Assembly: GCA_965644295.1 (NCBI GenBank)
Contig: CBFFRP010000017.1
Location: 124,001-188,000, forward strand
From: Paraphysomonas bandaiensis
Lineage: Eukaryota; Protista; Chrysophyceae
Length of the DNA stretch: 64,000 bases
Reading direction: 5' to 3'
Position 1 is the stretch's first letter. Each line of letters opens with the position of its first letter. Below the pieces are notes generated by a model. The model was not told where the DNA came from and ran no database searches. It saw nothing but the letters and a program-made list of their open reading frames with translations. This document shows positions 24,286-36,700 of the stretch, piece by piece. The position numbers were made by a program, and so were the translations under genes.

Positions 24286-25339
24286 TCACTACTTAAAAAA
24301 TGTCACAACTACTACTGATGGTAATTTGAAGCAGTGGCACCCATTTAGGGTGGTACTGAACAAGATTGTGTGCCTCATAATATATATCATACACATATAC
24401 ATAGCATTTGAGTCAGTGTCACAAGCAGAGGTTAAGCGTTGTATATAAAGGTAATGACGAAACAACACAAGATGTTTCGTGCGATCACGTTTATGTACGA
24501 ATTGCGGGACCATCTGTGGAAGGAGTACATTAAATTTTATATGCTGTAGCAATTATTGTTGAAATTTGGGGAGTTTTTGTTTTATAGTTAATATGTACTG
24601 CATATTATATATGATACAATAATATATTTTGATTTGATACAATAATACTTTCTTTGATGTTGTTCATATTTTGATCTTAGTAGGGAGCACCTACATCCAC
24701 TTACAGCAAAAAGGCACAAGTAGCTGTACATTTTCTAAATATTCGATTTTCAACATCATCATGAATGAGATGATAAGCTAGGGATATAAGGAGTACCGTC
24801 TCTTGGCAAGTACTTTCCGCCACCGTTTCAAAATGTTGAGCTTGGGGCGATATATATAGCCTCCTGAGGTTAAATATAATATTATAACTTAGTATACTAC
24901 GTGTTGAGCGATAGCTATACAGTATTATACCACTAATCACAATGTTGTAAAAAGCACTTGTTGTAAAAATGTAAATATATATATGAGCTATAATTTCTGA
25001 AAGATTTGCTTTTTATTTAAGTTCTATTGCATATAGTATATTGTATTGTTAAGATATTGATTGGTCAAGCGGCTAGAACAAAAATATAGCAATATTATAT
25101 TGCTGATGGGACTCTAGGGCGCTAGAGGCCTGCAACTATTGTCAATTGTTGAAATCGGGAAAGAATATAATAATTAAGATTATAACTGACATCAGCCTTC
25201 TACAACTAAGTCAACTAATTGCATGGAATATACACAATAATTACAACTATAATAATTGCTCGCTGGAAGGTTGCAATTAAATACCTAGAATTAGAACTTG
25301 GAAAACATTATAAGGACGGTGGCCATTTACTGCGGCAAT

Positions 25340-26290
25340 CTGAACGAAAGTGGTCGCACAAGCACCAAGGTGTGACCACTTCTGTTCAAATGTTGATTGT
25401 TGATTGTGAGGTTCGCCATGATCGTGTGTCCCACGACTCACTGGCGTGTGTGATCAGGGGTCTCCCCTTGGGTTGAGATTCCATCGGGCTCTGAGGTACA
25501 GGGTTATGTATTAAGGTCCTGTGTGTGGACTGAGAGGTGGGTGGAGAGGTGGAATGTGACGTTGTCTCAGTGCACCGTTTGGGCCTCAGGCATAGGTAGG
25601 TAGGTAGGTAGAAGTAAGAAGATGTGCCATTAGATGCTGTATCCTATTTCATGTCCGAGTAGGTTACTGGAGCTAGTGGGGTATTGTGTAGAGCAGGTGC
25701 TGGGGTTGCTATAATATCAGATTGAGAGGATCTAGTAGTAACGGAAGACCTCCATTTGACGGGAAAGTAATCAGTGAGCAGCAAGTGGTGGAGTGGATAT
25801 TATTGGAGATTTGGTTTGTCTAGTCCCCGTAAATTTTTGCGGTCCGTCACCACTATAGTCAGAGGAATATCCCTTCCCTTTGTGAGTGTATGAGGGGTGG
25901 TTGCAGGACTGTCGCTGTTGTGTCCCTTGAACTCTCCTGGACCTATATGGTGATTCCTTGTGGAGACGAATGCTTACAAGTGTAGGAATTGTTTCTAGTA
26001 GTGGATGAAGCTCCGATTCAACAGGGTACTTGGTGTCAAGGAAGGAGTGGTTCTCCGAACAGAACACATCATCATGAGAGGGGGTGATTGAGTGGTGTAG
26101 GAAGGAAGGAAGAATGGAAAGTAGACCAGTACGCCCAGTTATGTCCGAGATCTGCGGGAGATTCCTGCCAAACTCGGATTCGTATTATTAGTGTGTGTTG
26201 GTACGTTGGTACTGTGTGTACGGTATATCTAGTGAGGTCACTTTACCTTTTTTGTGTCAGTAAGACCAGTGGTACTGGAATTCTAAGGTA
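25340..26290 (-). mobile_element. Diverged, longer copy of the LINE-like 3' end family
   Basis: Encodes LIHNPVPQSPMESQPKGRP (cf. LIQNPPSQSPEEPHPKGRPPD* near 46870), followed by ACCTTGGTGCTTG. Upstream boundary approximate. Confidence 0.6.
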
Positions 26291-26295
26291 GTCCT

Positions 26296-26580
26296 ATTGA
26301 AATATATATTATGACCGTTAGTCGAAGAAAATACACAGTAGTGGTTAACAGTATATCATGAAAAGTAACAACATGATAGCTACTGTACTAATGAAACTGA
26401 ATATTATAATATATTGATCCTAATATACAAGATAGTGACGATATGTAAGGTCGGTCGAGAAATGGTGGGTCGTAGAGATGACATGATAATAATATATTGA
26501 TGAATGAGAAGAGATATTATTGATAATAATTTTAACAAGATTAATGAGTGAATACACGTTCAGTTAACTTATAGTAAATC
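26296..26580 (+). mobile_element. Solo LTR related to the 14778-20143 Copia
   Basis: Shares ATGATAGC, AAACTGAA, TACAAGATAGTGACGAT, AGAAATGGT and GTAGAGAT in the same order. TSD not resolved. Confidence 0.65.
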
Positions 26581-26621
26581 ATCCAGTTGTGTCATATAAC
26601 TTAATAGAATGTATGTGCTAT

Positions 26622-27421
26622 CAGGGATAGGGAACAATATATTGCAATACTATTGTTAGATAGCGTTCCATCAATAGTATTGATGGATTTTTTAAACCGG
26701 TCCTACAATACAATTACAATATATTGCAATATATTGTCAATGTATTGCAATATATTAGTATGACTAATCAGTAGGTAAACACATCCGTAGATTTCATTTT
26801 TAGTATTAGTCATTAAGATCACATGACAACCAATACAACTGCTGCTTATAGCTACTAAAAATCCACCTCGTCCTCATCCTCTGAGTCATCGTCGGTGACG
26901 TCAACATCACCATATTCATCCACAGAATAAATTGAAATATATGCTAGTATCCGGTCATAACTGTCGAATAGCTTTCAGAAACAACAGCATATTAAGTAGG
27001 ATGGATACTTTTGCGCAACACTGATATAATATGTTTAGCTGTGCTGAACAGACGTTCCCATGTATTGGAAGTACATACCAGGGCCAGGCAACCGTTAATG
27101 ACTCGTGGATCTCTACGTTTCTTAATTTTTTGAGCTGACTGAAGGTTTTTAGTCGCATAGTCAACATCAGCTTCATTATCCTTTGTAATGTTGTAATCAA
27201 TTTCTCGGTTATTTATATCCATTTTGCACCCTACAGTTGAGAATCTTTTCTTATATGACTACATAATATTGATTGCAATATATTGCAATAGTATTGTGAG
27301 CTCTTTTAACAGAAACACTATTGATGGAATATTTGACTAGTCCACCAATCAATATACTTTACAATATATTGCAATATATTGTACAATGTATTGCAATACA
27401 ATATATTGTTCCCTATCCCTG
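26622..27421 (-). mobile_element. Non-autonomous hAT element (800 bp)
   Basis: Perfect 23-bp TIR CAGGGATAGGGAACAATATATTG; 8-bp TSD TGTGCTAT; subterminal CAATATATTG repeats; internal TSNTWERLFSTAK and LNMLLFLK hATC remnant. Confidence 0.95.
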
Positions 27422-27433
27422 TGTGCTATAGTA

Positions 27434-27508
27434 CAGGGCCTAGTAACCAATAATAGTAATGACATTAATTGATTAATGGGTCCTTTAACAGTTACCACTG
27501 AGGCCCTG
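27434..27508. mobile_element. 75-bp hAT-like TIR remnant
   Basis: CAGGGCCT...AGGCCCTG termini; no TSD match. Confidence 0.4.
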
Positions 27509-27872
27509 TTGTAATATGCATGTACTATATATCAAAATATTGCAGAGAATGGCACGGAAACAGCAGATCTCAGACAACTTGAAAATTCTTCATGTAAATA
27601 CTTTTCAGCATTTTACTTCAGTCATGCAGCTCTTAACTTTTAACCACCTTCATAACGAGAGTTTTATACACTCTCTTTTCTCTCTAATATGTTCACAATA
27701 TGCTTATTGTATGATGTATATATATATCTTTTTAATTCATCCTTTCATTATAATAATCAGTATATTCCAGTAATCGCACAATAGTAATTGAAACATCAAT
27801 GTCCGTAATATTTATTGTTATTACCGCACACATGGTAACATTCACACACTTACAATATAATAACGAAGCAAG

Positions 27873-30800
27873 CTATATGTAACTCTTATCATGAAGTCGT
27901 TTGGACCTAGCTTCCCTGGCAAAAGGACTGTCCCTCTACAACGATTAATGTTAGCAACATAATATACAATATAGATATTCCACGTACCGATAACATTGCC
28001 TTTTTGGGAGAAGGTGATGCCTTCAGGTCCTCCATGCTATCATGTACATTTTTCCTCTTGACGGGAGACTGGGTGTTGCTCAGTGCAAATCTGAATACAG
28101 ACATCGTAAGCATAGAAAAATATAGGTTGAAAGCAATCGAGCGTACTTATTGACTGGTATCGTAGCCACGGGGTCCCGCTGTGTCATATCCGCGTCACGT
28201 CTCTTCGACCCGAGAACGGATCTCCGTTCCACAGGACTCTGAGGTGACTCATACTTTCCCTCTCCATATCCTGAAAAATCTCGCCCAGTTGGCGGCATCA
28301 CGGAGTTCTGAGTATACGTCTCAGAAAAGAGCCCCTCGCCTTGATGGTACTGAGAGGATTCCATAGCAGAGTATGAACACTCCTCTTCTGCGGCCATCTC
28401 GGCCTCACGCCTCTCATTCATCACCTCTTCAACCATTCGAGCCAATGAGGCCTTACCAGTATGGTTGGCAATCGTCATTGCTGCAGCTAGACCTTCGATA
28501 GTTGAAAAGCGACCTATTAAGTCCAGTGCTGCAGAAATTCGCTGCTTCTTGCAGCATTCATGAAAGTATCGTCCTAGCGCCTTGTCCATCTCTATTGTTC
28601 GAGTAGTATATTCCTCCTCCAGTGCTGACTGATCTACACTCTGCAGTGGTGTGGTTCTCATCGCCGAACAGTGGTGCAGTTGTGTCATACCCCAAAGCAT
28701 ATCTCTAGCCCGTTCATTAGTTCCAGTTCCAGATTTATCTCTAGTGCTTTCTTTGACCTCCACGATCGGTAGTCGGAAGTTTTTTGCTGTAACCACCGGG
28801 GTAGGGTGCACAGCTGGGCGGAATTCACCATTCAACAAAACATAACAGAGCCGGTCTGACTTCACAGTCACTGGCCACGCGCGATGGTCAACAGTGCGGC
28901 AAACGGATGAAGTATTTAACACTGGTGTCCATTGCCATCCCATGCTTCGCAACAGCACACTTAGAATACCGTTAGTGTCCAAGTAAACGAGAAAGTTGGT
29001 TTCTGAAAAAGCCGCCCACTCGACTTCGCCGCCAGGACTGAGTGGAAGTACTACGCCTTCCACCACACTTTGGAGAATGCCACTAGGAGGAATGTCGAAC
29101 AAATCCACGCGGTGTGAAGGAGCCTCTGTGGAGCTGCACCCGGTATTATATATGATAGCGAAACTAGTTTCCCATCCACAAAGACAAACTACTGGGCCCT
29201 TGAGGCGACAAATTGACAATTGCAGACCCGTCGTCGAGAAAAGGCGCAGATATGAGGCAGAAGTTGCGACTGCAACCCAGCCCTTTCCGCAACAGAGCGC
29301 GTCAACACCTTCGCCAGCGGGAAGAACATATTTAAATGTCTCGTTTGCTGACCCAACCCTCATGCGGGTACCAAATGACCGGTAGTAGATAACTGACCCG
29401 GCAGTTTTGGATTGGAACACTCCCTCCCCAGTATCATCGTTGATGTCTGGAGGAGCCGCAAATACCGCACCTTCACTGGAGAGATCCGCCATAGTAAAGT
29501 CGTGAACGTCTGTAAAATTAGGATGCTTAAGATTATTCGAGGCGTTCGCAAAAGTGATGTTAATATGGCACCCGACATCATCATAACGGGATACGATATG
29601 TCCAATTCCGTTCCAAACCAGATATCGGCGCCGTTTCTCATCAGCAATAGTACTAGACGGCTGGAACGGCTTCTGTATGAATACATTTGAGTACGTGCCC
29701 TCTACACGTGCATCGTCCACGTCATCCTCAACAAGGCCCATGTCAGGTTCATCCTCAACGTCATCGTCACTATCCTGTACCACAGCTGCCTCAGAAGAGA
29801 GAGCAGGTACAGAGTGTGCATCCTGCTTGATTTTCTCAATGCTCGTATCGAATCCAAAATCATCGTCGCTATCTGAATCAGCAGGTGCACCTGAAGCTCT
29901 GCGAACTCTCTTGTGCTGATCTTTATCCTTCACCAGTGGCGATACTGCATTCGACTTAACAACATCAGTACCAGAGCTCTCTTCAGTGGTTGATGCAACA
30001 GCAGGTACAGCAGGGGTAGAAGTAGTCACAGTTACCTCTCCTGTGGGCAGATCAAACCCTAGAGAACATTTGACGATGCCCTCGATACGCGCGCATCCTT
30101 TACTTGACAGAAGCATCAGATAGTTGTCGCCTGTTACAGGACCCCAACATACGTCCATAAGTCTATCGCTATCGCCAGATATAGAGTCGCACTGCAGCGC
30201 CCGCATCACTTCTCGAGATAGCATGTCCCACACAACCACCCGACCATTAGTATCACACGAGGCCAGGTACCTTCCATTGGGACTGAATGCAACAAGGTGA
30301 GCGTAGGCATCGCCGTGTGATTGGATTGGGTCGAGCGGGATAGACACCAACGGTTGGTCATCATTCCACACTTCTGTCGGGACTCCGTCAGGTCCTTTAG
30401 TATAACTGCGAGTCAGAACCATCGGGTTACCGCACTGCGGCACAGCCAGTTGAAGAGATCCACGAAGGTTTGAGAAGGATAATCGGAACCCCTCTTTCTC
30501 GTCGCGACATACGACTGTGGGGAGAACTCCACTTTTCAAGCATACAACGTTACTACCCACGTATTGCTTAGCTAGAGGCCCCTTCTCAGTGACCATCCGA
30601 TATACGATCAAGTCTCCTTTAAGATTTACAATTGCGATATACTCCCCATTCTCGTCAACTGTAAACCCTCTGACGCCATGACCATGAGTGCTTATGGTGG
30701 TCTCGACTAACTTCGTAGTAGTGGATAAAACTTTCACATCCGGCTCTCCAGAAGATATAAATCTAAGCTTACAAGTTAGACATATACATTACTTCTGTTT

Positions 30801-31134
30801 GAACATACATATGCTTGCATCCGCTGAACTCAATGTGGTGTGTGGGTAGTGTTGTGCGTGTTAGTAGACCGGAGCTCTTCGACACCTCAGATAAGGGCCG
30901 AATATTAACGGAGTTATTGGAACCACACGAGAACGCCATCTCATTTCCATCTGGACTAATAGCGATAGCGTATATCTGTCCATCATCGACCTCCTGTGCC
31001 TCTCCATCGGCTAGAAGGACATCTATTTCCCCCGTATTGTTACCAGTGTACCATTTGTTTGATACAGAGCAGTGAGAGAGCCCACACAGACCTGTGCCGC
31101 TCTCTTCAATAGAAAAGATGTTCGGATCGCTCAT
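27873..31134 (-). CDS. WDHD1: CTF4/AND-1/WDHD1 replisome hub protein, 4 exons, ~1035 aa
   Basis: Exons 31134-30809, 30762-28147, 28090-27988, 27935-27873. WD40 N-terminus (VAFSPNGRYLASCDTNGRVVVWD), acidic linker, SepB-type QKPFQPSST...RRYLVWNGIG, WVAVATS..YLRLFSTTGLQ, WTPVL. Confidence 0.9.
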
Positions 31135-31551
31135 TATGTATGTGATGGTGTTGCTCCAGCTCTACTCTATTAGCAACAGAGCCTCTGTCCAGTCCGTGTA
31201 TCTCTATATGACCTGAGTGTGCTGCGGATATACCTGCCTGTATACACAGTACAGTCCACATGTAGAGGAGTGTATGTATGTGTATGTGTGTGTATCTTTC
31301 GGTTTGAATTTTAAATCATTGAAATTCATATTTTATTTTATAATAATAGTCAGGAGCAGCAGCGTTGACCGTATCTTTCACCGACATCTTCAGTTTCAGA
31401 GTATACACCGAAGTCTGCAGCAGGAATCATATACGGTGCGGGATACTGGCATATAGCATCGCATCCTCCTCCTCCATATGGATCCATATGCATTACCATT
31501 ACACCATGTAACCCTCCTTAGATCTTTATGCTCTGCTTGTTATAGCAAAGA

Positions 31552-32817
31552 ATGCCGAGTACTGACGATAAACAAAGAGACGCTGCTGTCTTGGCGCAGT
31601 TCCGTGATGCAATTAGCCCGGAGCTGCTTTCAGCTTTGCAGGAATCAGATTGCATGCGATTTATTCGAGCTCGAAAATATGATGTTGCTAAAGCTGCTGA
31701 AATGGCTGAAAACTGGTGGAAGTGGTATCACACACCTATTTCCGGTCAAGATAATGTGACTCCTGCGAATTGCTTACGGGACCCATATCCGATGGAACAT
31801 ATTCGACAACGATTGACTCCTCATTCGAATGTGGGAGTTGATAAAGAAGGAAGGCCAATATATTGGGAAATGACTGGACTTATTTCTACTCGCTTTGCGG
31901 AATTATCTAAATACTTTAGTGTCGATGAACTTCAATTCCTACATATCCGGCAGCAGGAGTTAATGATGAAACGGCTCGAATACCTGTCTGCCAAAAGTGG
32001 AAAATCGATAGAGAAGGTAGTTTGCGTGATGAATCTTAAGGACTTGGTGTATTCTTTAGACACACAGGCATTAAAAGCATTCCATTTAACGTTGGTAATT
32101 GATCAAAATTATTACCCCGAGCGACTACAGTACTTGTTCATGATCAATGCACCGTGAGTTTCCGACTTGTGTGTATGTGATGGTGTATTAATCTGATATC
32201 TTAGATGGTTCTTCACTGCTACATGGGCAATGGTGCGGACATGGCTGGATCCTGTCACTGCAGATAAGATTAAAATTGTAGGCAGTGACTACTTGAGTAC
32301 GTTGCGAGAGCATATACCAGATTGCGAAATTCCTCCGGAACTTGGTGGTAGCTGCCAGGATTTTACGTGGCAGTATCCGTGGCCGGAGCGAACTGGGATA
32401 TCACCTTCACAACTAGGATATGTTGACGGTGAGCCAGAGGATGATGGTGAAGGCTCCGAGATTGATGAAGATGAAGATGACTGGAGTTTTCATGGTAGCT
32501 ATAGACAGTCTATATCACAGCGTGATAGACAATCAAAGAAAGCAAGTATTACAAGTATCGATCTTATACTGGGTGGGCAATTTATACGCCGGCTTGCGAA
32601 GGAGTCCCTTTTCAATAAAAGCATTTTCTATATGTTGTTCTGTGCAATATGCTTGGGTGTGTGCAGTGTATACTTTTTCACCATATGGTTATTTATGCAG
32701 AAGTATGATGCCGTGATTATGGTTTTTTCGATGACAGTGCAACTTATAGTTCTGAGTTGGATATGGACGGATTTATTACTTGTTAATCTACGCAAGCTCT
32801 TTGAATTAAATATGTAA
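31552..32817 (+). CDS. SEC14/CRAL-TRIO lipid-binding protein with two predicted C-terminal TM helices, ~404 aa
   Basis: RFIRARKYDV, DKEGRPIY, QNYYPERL, INAPWFF, WLDPVTADKI, IPPELGG. Intron 32154-32204; possible extra first exon from 31478. Confidence 0.92.
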
Positions 32818-33783
32818 TCTAATAATAAGATAGAAGATATAGATATGAAGAAACAGATATGTCTGAGTGTCCTTTGCTTAATTCTACACATAAGAAGAAA
32901 TCAAAGCATATAACAGTTAACAGAACAGCAATAATTAATTATCCATTTTTAGATCAGTATCGCACAAAGGAGTAGGTATACATTACATATATTTGATAAA
33001 TCTGTAGGCAGTAATACATACATGTTGTCTATATATTGTCCTGTTAGATTTGAACATCCGAAACAATGTTAAGGGAACGATTCTAGTGTACGGCAGAATG
33101 TACTCAGGTGCGGAGAACTCAACTTCACCTGAAGCTCACTGCATGCGATCCAAACATCAACGCAGTTTTGTGTCATGTGGATCTAATTATGCAAGCATAT
33201 GATCTCGAGGATCCAGCATGATATCCATATACAGTACTACAGCAGTATATGAATATATCTTGCGTATACTAATGCACACACTACGCTTCGTAGTGCTGTA
33301 GTTCCGCTCAGAAGAAGGCCAACCACACACAATGTATTCTGTACGTATACTAGTGAAACAACTACATCCTCCCATATCGAATCATATCTGGTCATGATGC
33401 TCTGATTGGTATACAATACTTGTGGAAATTATCTGGAATCTTTTTCAGTGGCGGTTTGACAGTTAGATTCCGTATTTTTTTTGGAATAGCATTACAAAAA
33501 AACACGCACCCCTCTCACAATCCCGCCAACATCCCATACAGGCATACATACGCTACTACATCATCTGGATCGTACATCTGCTCGCCAACAGAAGGGACCA
33601 CCTCCGAGACAGAGAGGAGGGTAGAGATACTTACATTCTCAACTGCTGACCACGATTAAATTCACATTATATTGTATTGCTTCGTAAGAAGCCATTGAAT
33701 TGTGTGTGTGGTCTATCATCGAGGGTCACCCTCTTGACTCCCCAGTCTCTCTGTTGTAGTATTTTTTATTGTATATTGTGGAA

Positions 33784-36700
33784 ATGTTTCTTGCGGCTTT
33801 AATTCTCTATACCATTAAATCCTGTCATGCGGACGGTATTATTTCCTGTATTGATATGTATATGTTTAGTAATATGTTTGCGCAGGTGCGGATATGTACT
33901 TCGATTTCAGCGATGGCTTAAGTGGACTCGACTTCAGTTTTGATTTCAGCGGAATCGATTTCAGTGGTGACTTCTCACTCGACGAATCTTTCCTTTTCGA
34001 TTCTATGCAGTACCCAACTATGTTCCCGTCTCACTACTCCTTTGACTTTAGCCATTCCACTGATTTTTCAGAGTTTTCAGAGGAGTTTTCTGCCGCTTAT
34101 TCACATGAGATTTTCAGCTCTGTCACTGACACCCATTACCCAACTCCTTTTCCAACTTCTTTCCCCACTGTGAATCCCACATTGAGCCCTACTCTGATAC
34201 CCACAGTCAGCCCTACTCTCACACCCACACTGAATCCTACTCTCACACCCACAGTGAACCCTACTCTCACACCCACAGCTTTGCCAACTCGAGAAGGTGA
34301 GACTCTCCGTCCCACGGCCTCCCCAACTGTGCTTCCCTCTGGACGACCTTCTTTTACTCCCACGTCTGCACCGACTCTTTCTGTTGGCACAGTGTGGAAA
34401 GAGGCTATTGACACTTTCCTTTCGAAATACCCTTCACAAGGATCAAAGCGCTCTGTGTACACAGGAATTTACGACGGTGTGGCCAATGAAGACGTCGTCG
34501 GAGGGTGCAGCGATTTAACTGTGTTTATCGCTGACGACGTGAGAACTAAACTTATTACTGATACAGTTATTCGGCTTACTCTTGCATCTACCGACTCCCC
34601 TTATGATCCTATTAATGCCTCAACACTTGTTTGCGAAGGAAGTCGCGAATCTAACGTTGATGACTTAGATGCTATAATTGCTGCTCTCACCAATGAAACA
34701 GCAGGTGCTGATACGGCGGAAACCTACTTGTGTAACAACACCGAGTGGGTTGTTGGCTCCTGCTCCACCGGTCATCCTGCGCTTTGCGTGGGGTGCACTA
34801 ATCCTTGCACCACTACTTCGCGGGACTACAGTGTGACGTGCTCGTCAGCAGATGACACAAGTGCAATGAACCTCCTAATCATGGACTTTGATGTGCTTTT
34901 TGTTGCTCCATCTATAGATTCCATTGTGTTGTTGCCGAATGAAACTTCTATTACTGCCCAGATCACTGTGTCGGCTGCAGAAGGGAGCCTGGTATGTGCT
35001 GCTTACCCTACCTCAGAAAGTTTTGTCCCGTCTAGTGTTAGTACATTGCAAGTTCAGGGTGACTTCATCAGTGCTGAGTCGACTTCATTGGAATATGTTA
35101 TTGACAACCTGAGAGCTGCGACTTCATATGACGTCTATTGTGGTACAGCATCAACTTTGAATACTCCTATGGAAGTGGGTGACGTTTTGGCCACTCTAAC
35201 AACGACGAAAACCCTTTGTTGCCGCGTTTTGAGCGTTGATTTGGCGTCGACTTCGTTCACGGACGACGAAGATGTGGCGGGGGCCTTAGTTTTAGATGTA
35301 GGTATTCGTCCTACCAGTCTCACTGTCACTATCACTACGCAATATAGCACCAGCGCAATGGGGAGCACCTCAACCGTTGCCGTGTTTTCTCCTACGTCAC
35401 GTACCTTCACTGCGTCCGTTGCCAGTACTGCGAGCATGGCCTATAAGCGAAGCGCTGTGGGATACTACACTCTGACTGCCTCCCTCTCGGGTACATCTGC
35501 AGGAGACTATGAGGTGGTTTACTCCCTAGGTAACTCATTCACAGTTAACTCTTCAACCGTTGAGCCTCCCCCCCCTGTCCTCTCGTCAGCGCGATTTTCC
35601 AATAGTGGGAACAAAATAACTGTCCGATTCAGCTCAGCCACTAACAGAGCGGGAGCATTTAACATCCTTTCTAAATGCCATAATGTGTTTTCGGTAGCGG
35701 GTATTTCCTCCAAAACTCTGTGTGTATGGTTGAGCGACACTGTAGTTGATGTGTTTGTTGCCGGAAACAGCGGGCCTTCCGTAGGAGGGTCACTGACACT
35801 AATGACTAATACAATCAAAGCCAAGTGCACTATCTCTGCAGGGTGTTCCTCTTGGAAGTATAGCCCAAGCACATCAGTTAATATTTTAACTGCTCTTTCT
35901 CCAATTTCCCCTTCGGTATCCATAGCAGGACCAACTGAAATTGGCGCATGCGATGCCCTAACATTTGATATTGCGAGCTCCACTGGATCTGGGGGGCGAC
36001 AATGGAAGTCCGTGACGTTTTCCGTTGTAGGAACCGATGCTAGCAGAACTTCTATCGCCACTTTTCTAGGAACAGTAACTGACTATAGTAGGGCTATTAC
36101 AGTTTCCAACTCGCTTATGGTTCCTGGCAATGCTTACACCATAGCTGTTCGCATGTGTAATTTCTTGGATTCTTGTGGTCAAGACTCTCTATCCTACGTT
36201 ATATCTACTTCTCAAAATGTTCCAGTGGTGCGTCTAAATAGTGATAAGTTAAGCACAACCGAGCGCTCCAAATCTCTATCTATTTCAGGCGAAGCGTTTT
36301 CCAAGTCGTGCTCTGGAAGCAAGGACAGCTCTGGGCTGACGTACTCGTGGAGTATTTACAAAGATAATGCTCTTCTGGTCGATAACGCATTCAAGTCAAC
36401 ATCTGTGGATACTGCAGTTTTCCTCCTTCCTCCTTACACTCTTGCCGTCAACGCTATATATGAGGTAGTGTTAACTGTTCGGCATAGCGTATCCCGTAAA
36501 TACTCAAGTGCCTCCACGACAGTAGCTGTTGAAGTTGGTGATGTGATTGCAGTTATTGACAAGGCATCAGCCTTTGGTTTAAGAGTCTCAGACACTGTGA
36601 CAATAGACGCATCCTCCAGTTATGATGAGGACTACAGCGATGTCACTGGGACCGCAGCTGGGCTGACTTACTCGTTTTCATGCGTACGTGTGTCTCCGAC

